Assembly (NCBI GenBank): GCA_016933055.1
Contig: JAFGBS010000004.1
Span: forward strand, 215,350 to 239,349
DNA length: 24,000 nt
Direction of reading: 5' to 3'
From: Promethearchaeota archaeon
Lineage (GTDB): Archaea; Asgardarchaeota; Lokiarchaeia; Sigyniarchaeales; Promethearchaeaceae
The stretch's first letter is position 1. Every line of letters starts with the position of its first letter. The position numbers were made by a program, and so were the translations under genes. The notes under the pieces are model-generated. The model ran no database searches. It saw only the letters and a list, made by a program, of their open reading frames with translations, and was not told where the DNA came from. Below are positions 16,811 to 23,398 of this stretch, in pieces.

Positions 16811-17980
16811 TTAAGCATGTTTTAGAATGAATGATAACAACCACCAAAATCTACATATTCGATCAACAGACATAAGTTTTACAAATACAAATCTTCGAAA
16901 AGCATTATACCGTTTTGCTACTTTGATGATATGCTTATAGAGCTCAGTTTTTTTGAATTTATTCTTTATCTCTGAATGTGGTTCATCTGAAAATATTGAA
17001 TTTGTCCAATATTGAGCCATTTTTATAGAAGAAATCAATCCACTTCCTCCTGAAGTTTCCACAAATCCCGCAGCATCCCCTAAAATAACCAATCCTGGTC
17101 GTGGAGAAAACTCAGAAATCGGACCCGTCATCGGAATCGCTGTGATTTCTTCGTGAAGAATAGATGCACGTTTGATCATTTCTGAAAATACAGGATATTC
17201 GCTCTTGATTTTGACCCATATTCCCATGATTTCTTTAACCGGGGGGATTGGAACTCCTAGTTCATATGCATTATCAGTTTGAATAATAATTCCAGTTTCC
17301 AGATTCTTCTCATTTCTTGGAAATAAGAATATGATAAAGGGAGGAAATTTTGGAGCAAAATCCAAAGCCCCCGTAGGAACGAGAAAATATTTGAATGCTT
17401 TACTAGAATAATTACCGTTTTTCATAAGGCACTTGATTATAGGAAAATTCACTATTGGTTTCTTTTTACAGTATTTTCTAGAGATTACGCTTGAATGTCC
17501 ATCACATGCGAAGACTGTATTCCCAAAGACTTCCTGAATGGAACCCTCCGAATGCTTGAACTTTACCCCAACCACAGTGTGTTCGTTAAAAATTGTATCA
17601 CATACTTCTGCATTCAAAATGAATGGAATCTTCAGTTCTTGAATTTTCTCAGTAAACAATCCGATCCATTGTATCCAATCAAATACGATGCTGGGTGTTC
17701 TCCTAATAACTTCTATCATGGTCTCTTTAGACGGCAAAGGGGGAAAGAATTCTCGATTTTTTGTTTTAGATAATGTAATTTTATCCATTACACCTTCTCC
17801 GAGAATCTCGTCTAAAATTGGATCTAAATGAAGTGTTTCACCTCGGAGTTCAGCACCAAGTATGGGACCTTTTTCTAATATGATCACGGATTTCCCAAGA
17901 TTTTTTATAAAGATAGCAGCGGATAATCCCGTAGGACCACCACCAACTATTATTGCATCATATTTGCTAGAAAGGTCCAT
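16811..17980 (-). CDS. FAD-dependent oxidoreductase, geranylgeranyl reductase family
   Basis: N-terminal dinucleotide-binding YDAIIVGGGPTGLSAAIF, with CDGHSSVISR and ILGDAAGFV (GDAAG). The first codon of the ORF track (17983-17981) is GTG. The adjacent ATG at 17980 is the more likely start. Confidence 0.8.
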   Translation of the reverse strand: MDLSSKYDAIIVGGGPTGLSAAIFIKNLGKSVIILEKGPILGAELRGETLHLDPILDEILGEGVMDKITLSKTKNREFFPPLPSKETMIEVIRRTPSIVFDWIQWIGLFTEKIQELKIPFILNAEVCDTIFNEHTVVGVKFKHSEGSIQEVFGNTVFACDGHSSVISRKYCKKKPIVNFPIIKCLMKNGNYSSKAFKYFLVPTGALDFAPKFPPFIIFLFPRNEKNLETGIIIQTDNAYELGVPIPPVKEIMGIWVKIKSEYPVFSEMIKRASILHEEITAIPMTGPISEFSPRPGLVILGDAAGFVETSGGSGLISSIKMAQYWTNSIFSDEPHSEIKNKFKKTELYKHIIKVAKRYNAFRRFVFVKLMSVDRICRFWWLLSFILKHA

Positions 17981-18033
17981 CACGTGAAATTATAATACCT
18001 AAATTAAATATTTATCTTTATCTCGAATATACA

Positions 18034-18369
18034 ATGTCTATGGACGATTTTATCCCAATGATATTTTTTGTCACAACTCCGGACAATAAAACTGCTGTAG
18101 AACTAGCAAATGGAATCGTACAACGAAAAATTGCAGCTTGTACCAATATAATTCACAAGATAACAAGTATCTACTGGTGGGAAGGGAAAATCAATACTGA
18201 TTCAGAAAATTTGATGATTATTAAAACATCAAAAAAGAAATCAGATGATTTGATCGCATTCATAAAAAACAATCATCCCTATAAAGTTCCCGAATGCATA
18301 GGAATAAAAATCACCAAAGGTTTGCAACCATATCTTCAATGGATTATGGATTTGACTACGGAGAGATAA
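18034..18369 (+). CDS. cutA: Divalent-cation tolerance protein CutA
   Basis: 111-aa ORF. AACTNIIHKITSIYWWEGKINTDSENLMIIKT and HPYKVPECI match the CutA1 pattern. Confidence 0.85.
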   Translation: MSMDDFIPMIFFVTTPDNKTAVELANGIVQRKIAACTNIIHKITSIYWWEGKINTDSENLMIIKTSKKKSDDLIAFIKNNHPYKVPECIGIKITKGLQPYLQWIMDLTTER

Positions 18370-18379
18370 AATATTGGTG

Positions 18380-19192
18380 ATGTACATGTCAGTTTTTGAA
18401 TTGTTCATGTGGATTAATTTCTCTATAATCATTTTTATAATTGGTATCATTTTAAGTGCAAAACTAATGCAATATTTCAGAAGATGGGGGATTTCCAAAG
18501 AAGCTAGCAACAATTACGAGGTTAATTTTTACGAAATATTAGTTAACAACACAAAGTTGAATCTAAAATATTATCGCATTAAAAATAACAACCAATCGGA
18601 AAATAAAAAATTATTAGTTTTTACTCCTTTCTCTGTGTCATGTAAGCGTTTTTTATATTTTGCAACTGCACTTGCTCTGAATAGCTATGACGTGATATTG
18701 GTTGAAAGTAGGCGTTTTATCAAACTTTGTTCAAAATTGCATAATCCGAAGGAACCTATCGTTGAATTGATTCAAAATTTTGCTCCTACATACATCATAG
18801 CAGGGGATATGATGTATCCGATATTGGTCAAAACTACCGACCAACTAAATTTGAGATACGTTTTTATTCGTCCAATTTTAGATTACACTGAATTATCATT
18901 GTTTCGTAGTATCCCGTTCAGTGGGCGTTGGTTTCTAGTTTTGAGTTTGCGTTTATTCAGAATCAATCAATTTCTAAAGAAATTGGGGACTTCCCACACA
19001 ATTCGTGATCAAATAAATTCACACATTAATGCAAAATCTTTGATGATTTATCCTAAACTCCCTTTCAGAAAGAAATCTGTAAAAAAAATGCTGAATTATC
19101 CAAATAATGAAGTGTATGTGCTTTCCTCGCGATTTTCGTTTCGAAATTACGAAACAATTGTATTTGGGACAATTCTTCGTTTCATTTCATAA
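18380..19192 (+). CDS. Hypothetical protein with an N-terminal membrane anchor
   Basis: The ORF track starts at a TTG (18374). The first ATG codons are at 18380 and 18386. The signal-anchor-like helix is FELFMWINFSIIIFIIGIILSA. The rest is unrecognised. LLVFTPFS...YDVILVESRRF is vaguely alpha/beta-hydrolase-like but has no GxSxG. It starts about 10 nt after cutA. Confidence 0.45.
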   Translation: MYMSVFELFMWINFSIIIFIIGIILSAKLMQYFRRWGISKEASNNYEVNFYEILVNNTKLNLKYYRIKNNNQSENKKLLVFTPFSVSCKRFLYFATALALNSYDVILVESRRFIKLCSKLHNPKEPIVELIQNFAPTYIIAGDMMYPILVKTTDQLNLRYVFIRPILDYTELSLFRSIPFSGRWFLVLSLRLFRINQFLKKLGTSHTIRDQINSHINAKSLMIYPKLPFRKKSVKKMLNYPNNEVYVLSSRFSFRNYETIVFGTILRFIS

Positions 19193-19952
19193 GTCGTCTT
19201 CTGACAATCACGTTTGTGTCTGCGATTTTTTTTAATTCTTCTTCAAAATTTTGATTGAGACTCAGATCTTTTTTCAAGAAAACCCCCGTTCGCCCGGTTT
19301 TGTCTCGTCTTAATAAAACTCGCTTTCGAATTGTGATGATTTTTGGTTGAACAACCATTAGTTTTCGTGCCAGTGCTTCGTTGCCGATTAGGCTCATTTC
19401 TCGATGACCAGACTGGTTAGGGATGATTAATGTTAAACTTTTTGTGATTCCCGGAACTCGAGCGTCATTCTGCAGACCTATTTTATCAATTGCTCCTCCA
19501 AATCTATAAAAATCCAAGGCTATGTCATTCATGTTCGTCATAAAAAATGAAATAGTTACCGAGTTAGGTAAAAATAAGTGACCTTTTATTGCATCGCCGG
19601 GTGTAGCTTGAACAATTTGCTTACCTATTATCTGTAGATCTGCTTTCTCCAACGCGAATTCGATTTTAAAAGATGAGAGTTTATTTAAAATGACTATATC
19701 TAAGTCACTGAGTGGATTTATATCTCCTCGGGCAACACTTCCGTAGATTAAATATTGAAAATCTGCTTTTTGCAGTGGTGATGCAATATTTTTTGCAAAA
19801 TTCCTTATGTTTTTAAAGAGTCCCCATTGTTCTGCATTGTATTCTATTATTCGGTCAATGGGTGAGTATTTTACCTTTGAACGGGGCATGGAACAAAATC
19901 CGGAGATGGAACCTTCTCCATGTTTTGGTAATATCTTGTGAATAAAAAACAT
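19182..19952 (-). CDS. Pol-beta-superfamily nucleotidyltransferase domain protein
   Basis: 256-aa ORF with YGSVARGDINPLSDLDIVIL (the G[SG]-x9-13-DxD NTase signature), flanked by unrecognised N- and C-terminal regions. An internal ATG at MPRSKVKY is an alternative start. The 3' end overlaps the convergent ORF by 11 nt. Confidence 0.65.
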   Translation of the reverse strand: MFFIHKILPKHGEGSISGFCSMPRSKVKYSPIDRIIEYNAEQWGLFKNIRNFAKNIASPLQKADFQYLIYGSVARGDINPLSDLDIVILNKLSSFKIEFALEKADLQIIGKQIVQATPGDAIKGHLFLPNSVTISFFMTNMNDIALDFYRFGGAIDKIGLQNDARVPGITKSLTLIIPNQSGHREMSLIGNEALARKLMVVQPKIITIRKRVLLRRDKTGRTGVFLKKDLSLNQNFEEELKKIADTNVIVRRRLMK

Positions 19953-20076
19953 TGCAGTTCTTGGAATTCCTGGAAGTCATCTCTCAGTAGCAGTCGAATC
20001 TACAAGTTCTATAAGTGTAATTAGATCTCTCCTAACGCTTGAAGTTGAATTGTAATAAACGAAAAAGAAAAAATTT

Positions 20077-20185
20077 CGGGCCTTGAGGGATATTCGGAAA
20101 ATTATACACTACACGATAATTATCTATCGAACCCCCGACCAACGGATTAAGAGTCCGCCACTCTACCTGTCTGAGCTAAAGGCCC
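20077..20185 (-). tRNA. tRNA-Lys (anticodon CTT) interrupted by a 35-nt intron in the T-loop (position 59/60)
   Basis: Hand fold of the reverse complement: acceptor GGGCCTT/AAGGCCC plus discriminator G, D arm GCTC-AGACAGGTA-GAGT, anticodon arm GCGGA-CTCTTAA-TCCGT and variable loop TGGTC. The T stem GGGGG...CCCTC is separated by 42 nt instead of 7. Removing 35 nt restores a 7-nt T-loop. Total 109 nt = 74 + 35. A TATA-like TATTTTTA (reverse strand of 20211-20218) lies about 26-33 nt upstream. Confidence 0.85.
20091..20125 (-). other. Predicted non-canonical tRNA intron (59/60) of tRNA-Lys(CTT)
   Basis: The RNA sequence is AGAUAAUUAUCGUGUAGUGUAUAAUUUUCCGAAUA. It folds with the exons into a full helix-bulge-helix-bulge-helix motif (details in findings). 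A one-nucleotide register shift (58/59) would give T-loop TTCGAAT instead of TTCGATT. Confidence 0.7.
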
Positions 20186-20265
20186 ATAAATATTGTAGGG
20201 GTTGGTAGAGTAAAAATACAATATTATAGCACCTAAAAAAATTTTATGGAAATATAAAAGATGAT

Positions 20266-21390
20266 TTAGAGAATAGGAGTAAACTCACATACTTCATACA
20301 ATTCAGCTCTACGGAATGGCAAAATTTCATATAATCCTCCAGATACCTTGTTATCTTTAATTAGACGCATTGAATTTTCATCTTCTGATAGAAACCATGG
20401 AAGATCTAAAGATAATTTTCCAGAATCTTCGGTCAAAGCCATCATTGATTTTGGAATTCGGATTTTTCTTCGCAGCTGGGCATATAATCGATTCACTTGA
20501 TCGATTGTACCGCTTACTCGTAGGAAAATTAATGTCCCGTCTTTAGTAACTTCTTCATACGGGTATTTTATGGATTCTGCTCTACGTTTGTACCGATTAC
20601 GAAGTTGGGTTCCGTCTTTCAGCGCAACTGAGCAAAAATGCACAGAAATTGTGTATCTGTCAGGAAGTTCCGTGAGAATTTTATAAGCAAGTTCTTTACT
20701 TCCCTCTACGGAGGCGATAGAATCCTCTTTAATTTTAAATCCTCTTTTGAGTAATTCTTTATGATTTGGTTCGTTCATCTCGAATTCATTGAAATTTACA
20801 AAGTCCACCCCGATATTATCCAAATAATCAATTAAATTCCAAAGATATTCCTCATGTTCTGGAGTAGGAATGACTGGAACTTCTGCTCCGACTCGCATTC
20901 CTCTATCTAATGCATATTGGATACGATGAAAATCTTTTTCTGCGGGATGAAACCGAATTTCATCCAGACCCGCTTCCATTAAATCATCCGCAATTAACGG
21001 AGTGAAATTAACACCTGAGGTATACAAGTGAATATGAAACGAATCTCCAAATTCATTCTTCAACTCCTCAATGTAAAATAAACTTAACTCCCTCTGGTCT
21101 TCATTGAATAATGGATCTCCTCCCGTGATGCTAGCACCGAATGCTTTAATGAGTTTAGCCTCTTCGATGATGTCTTTTGGACCGTTTGCCAGAATCTCAT
21201 CAGCGAAAATTAAATCACTCCCCTTACGTCGTTCAGAGATCGGGCAGTACCAAGAACATCGCTTTGGATTAGAACATTTTCCTCCAATGAATAAAACCAG
21301 TTTTTGACCCCGATGACATAACTGGCACCCTAAAGGGAGAGTTCCCACATATAGGGATCCTGAGTCCGAATTAATTACTGGTCTCTTCAT
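20266..21390 (-). CDS. Radical-SAM-like Fe-S enzyme of an uncharacterised archaeal family, distantly similar to PFL-activase-related proteins
   Basis: 374-aa ORF with the cysteine cluster GGKCSNPKRCSWYCPIS, a preceding LGCQLCHRG and the SAM-binding-type SITGGDPLF (GGE/GGD motif). The remainder has alternating beta/alpha character consistent with a partial TIM barrel. Confidence 0.7.
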   Translation of the reverse strand: MKRPVINSDSGSLYVGTLPLGCQLCHRGQKLVLFIGGKCSNPKRCSWYCPISERRKGSDLIFADEILANGPKDIIEEAKLIKAFGASITGGDPLFNEDQRELSLFYIEELKNEFGDSFHIHLYTSGVNFTPLIADDLMEAGLDEIRFHPAEKDFHRIQYALDRGMRVGAEVPVIPTPEHEEYLWNLIDYLDNIGVDFVNFNEFEMNEPNHKELLKRGFKIKEDSIASVEGSKELAYKILTELPDRYTISVHFCSVALKDGTQLRNRYKRRAESIKYPYEEVTKDGTLIFLRVSGTIDQVNRLYAQLRRKIRIPKSMMALTEDSGKLSLDLPWFLSEDENSMRLIKDNKVSGGLYEILPFRRAELYEVCEFTPIL

Positions 21391-21531
21391 GTTCTATATC
21401 ATCCGTGTTTTGTCATTTCAAATGGATATAACTTATATTATTTCAGCTAATGGAAAATTTGCAAAAAATTTAGTATACGATATAGTTTCATCCGGGATCA
21501 TTTAATTAATAGATTCCTCGGATCAAGAATT

Positions 21532-21605
21532 CGGGCCCACGGGGATTTGAACCCCGGACTAACAGGTTAAAAGCCTGCTGCGCTCCCTGACTGCGCCATG
21601 GGCCC
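21532..21605 (-). tRNA. tRNA-Lys (anticodon TTT)
   Basis: Hand fold: acceptor GGGCCCA/TGGGCCC plus discriminator G, D arm GCGC-AGTCAGGGA-GCGC, anticodon arm GCAGG-CTTTTAA-CCTGT, variable loop TAGTC and T arm CGGGG-TTCAAAT-CCCCG. 74 nt, no intron. Confidence 0.92.
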
Positions 21606-22270
21606 TTATCTCTTCCAAGATCAAGGTTCCGAATGAAATATTATCTTAACTAATATTCTTAACTTACATGTATTGATTTGGTCGAAGAATTATAAATGTG
21701 TTAAAAAACCTCCCATTTTTAAAAAACTTATCGCTAATTCACTCTACGGAATAAATACAGTTGTAGGTTCTCGTATTTCCAAAGCCGATCTGAAATGCGT
21801 GCGTGATTAGAGATTATTTTAGTTATATTTTTTAAGAGGCACCTTTTTATCTCAACGTACATTAATTATACACGTAGTAAATAGACAGACACGTAAAACC
21901 TTATATATTATAAACCAGAATTGTCTTTGTCTTATCTTTTACATTTTACTTCAAAAATCATCAAACCGATAAATGATTCACATTTTCGTAATGATCTAAA
22001 GGTAGAGATAAAATAGGGGTAGATTTCATTCGTGGGCAATATTACCCATTCTATGAACTGTTCTGGTGGTCAGTTCCGACTTTATAACTTTTCACAATCG
22101 TAATTATTATATAGTCGGTTGATCGTAATGTATGTTGCCAATAAATCTTTATGAAGTTGTTAATAGATCTATAGCATGAGCAACTTCAGATGGGTATTAC
22201 TAAGGGTCTATTTATGGTGCTTTATATGCTCCAAAGATCTCGAAAAATACCACCTAATTATCATGAACGG

Positions 22271-22287
22271 AAATCCAGGTTGGATTT
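22271..22287. promoter_or_regulatory. Perfect 7-3-7 palindrome upstream of tfb; candidate operator or hairpin
   Basis: AAATCCA-GGT-TGGATTT lies 71-87 nt upstream of the TFB ATG and just upstream of TATA-like GATATAAG (about 22302-22309). Confidence 0.3.
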
Positions 22288-22357
22288 TTGGAGCATGCAA
22301 TTGATATAAGATGTAAAGGTAATTATTGAAAGCTAAAAATAGGTCGAAAACAGAAAA

Positions 22358-23275
22358 ATGATTAATCCATACACCAATTATGACGACGAAATGGGTGAAG
22401 ACGGCGAACCAACCAAGTGTTGCGACAATCCGGACATCGGCGTTTCGGGAGACGGTCTTAATGTATGCAGAAATTGCGGGCTCACATTCGGACAATCCTT
22501 CGTGAGTCAAGAACGTAGAGCATACACTGCTGAGGAAGTGAAACAAAGACGCCGAACCGAACCACGTTTGAGAAGTTATGGTCCTCGTACCGTGATTTCA
22601 ATCGTGAAAACCGATGCCAAAGGGCGACAACTTGCAGCCAAAAAACAAGCTTTATTCGCTCGATTGAGTAAAATTCAAGGTTCTCTCATTAATAGTATCG
22701 AACGGAATTATTGGGAAGCAAAGCCGAAACTTAAGGCACTTGCAACTAAACTAAATGTTCCGGATTATATTATTGAGACTGCATGGAAAATCTATTCAGA
22801 AGTAGCAAAGCAAAAATTAACAATGGGACGTTCCATTGAGGCTTTTGTTTGTGCATCATTGTATGCATCCATTCGAATTCATGATTTTCCACGATTACTC
22901 GAAGAACTCACCGAGGTAGCTATGGTTCAACTCCGAAGTGTTCATCGCTCATTGGGTCTTATTGTGAGAAGTGTACTTCCAGTCTTGGGACTGAAATATC
23001 GTCCTATCTCACCAGAACCATTGATCTTTCGATTCGGAAACGAACTCAGTCTCAGCATCAAGGTGCAAAAAGAAGCTGCAAATCTGTTACGGGCTGCATG
23101 TCGAACAGGGTTGAAAGTCATGGGAAAAGATCCCAAAGGTCTTGCAGCAGCTGCGTTATATATGGCTGCAAAGTCTACACCAGAGAGAAAAACCCAGACC
23201 CAGATTGCAGATATCGCTAAAGTTACTGAAGTTACTTTGCGAACGCGAGCTAAACAAATTAAAGAGCATTTGTAA
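22358..23275 (+). CDS. tfb: Transcription initiation factor B (TFB/TFIIB homologue), divergent N-terminal region
   Basis: 305-aa ORF. It has two cyclin-fold repeats with TFB signatures (GRSIEAFVCASLYASIR; GKDPKGLAAAALYMAAK; TQTQIADIAKVTEVTLRTRAKQI). The N-terminal zinc-ribbon-like segment is KCCDNPDIGVSGDGLNVCRNCG. Confidence 0.88.
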   Translation: MINPYTNYDDEMGEDGEPTKCCDNPDIGVSGDGLNVCRNCGLTFGQSFVSQERRAYTAEEVKQRRRTEPRLRSYGPRTVISIVKTDAKGRQLAAKKQALFARLSKIQGSLINSIERNYWEAKPKLKALATKLNVPDYIIETAWKIYSEVAKQKLTMGRSIEAFVCASLYASIRIHDFPRLLEELTEVAMVQLRSVHRSLGLIVRSVLPVLGLKYRPISPEPLIFRFGNELSLSIKVQKEAANLLRAACRTGLKVMGKDPKGLAAAALYMAAKSTPERKTQTQIADIAKVTEVTLRTRAKQIKEHL

Positions 23276-23285
23276 AACCCATTTC

Positions 23286-23292
23286 TTTTTTT
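23286..23292 (+). terminator. Oligo-T tract after tfb; candidate archaeal terminator
   Basis: TTTTTTT lies 11 nt after the TAA at 23273-23275. A further T5 run follows at 23301-23305. Confidence 0.3.
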
Positions 23293-23398
23293 AAACTAAC
23301 TTTTTATTTCTAAAATTCACACTTTTTCTTTCTTATTTAGAATTTTCTTTATGATACGAGAAAATTAAAAAGAGTGAACAAAAGTTAAATGTCGGCAA

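Noticed and set aside
19182-19952. The nucleotidyltransferase as the MNT half of a HEPN-MNT toxin-antitoxin pair.
   Set aside because: No small HEPN-like ORF is adjacent on either side, and the protein is about twice the size of minimal MNT antitoxins.
20077-21605. Radical SAM gene flanked by two tRNA-Lys genes as a possible tRNA-targeted integrated element.
   Set aside because: There is no integrase, no direct repeat of a tRNA 3' or 5' segment, and the two tRNAs are different isoacceptors rather than a duplicated att site. Only a single cellular-type gene lies between them.
22176-22304. 42-aa plus-strand ORF (MSNFRWVLLRVYLWCFICSKDLEKYHLIIMNGNPGWIFGACN) in the large gap.
   Set aside because: It is the longest ORF I could find in the gap, but it has no SD or TATA context and a composition typical of random AT-rich translation. 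It also covers the 7-3-7 palindrome. It cannot be supported without conservation or ribosome-profiling data.
21606-22357. The large gap as RNase P RNA, SRP RNA, an rRNA fragment, a CRISPR array or a C/D box sRNA locus.
   Set aside because: There is no GC-rich structured core and none of the conserved RNase P or SRP sequence blocks that I could recognise. There are no regularly spaced identical repeats of 24 nt or more. The only UGAUGA-like box (reverse strand around 21957-21962) has no CUGA D box within about 60 nt downstream.
22208-22546. 112-aa minus-strand ORF overlapping the tfb start and the end of the large gap.
   Set aside because: More than half of it is antisense to the well-supported, relatively GC-rich 5' end of tfb. 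The remainder is hydrophobic low-complexity sequence with no plausible promoter or start context.
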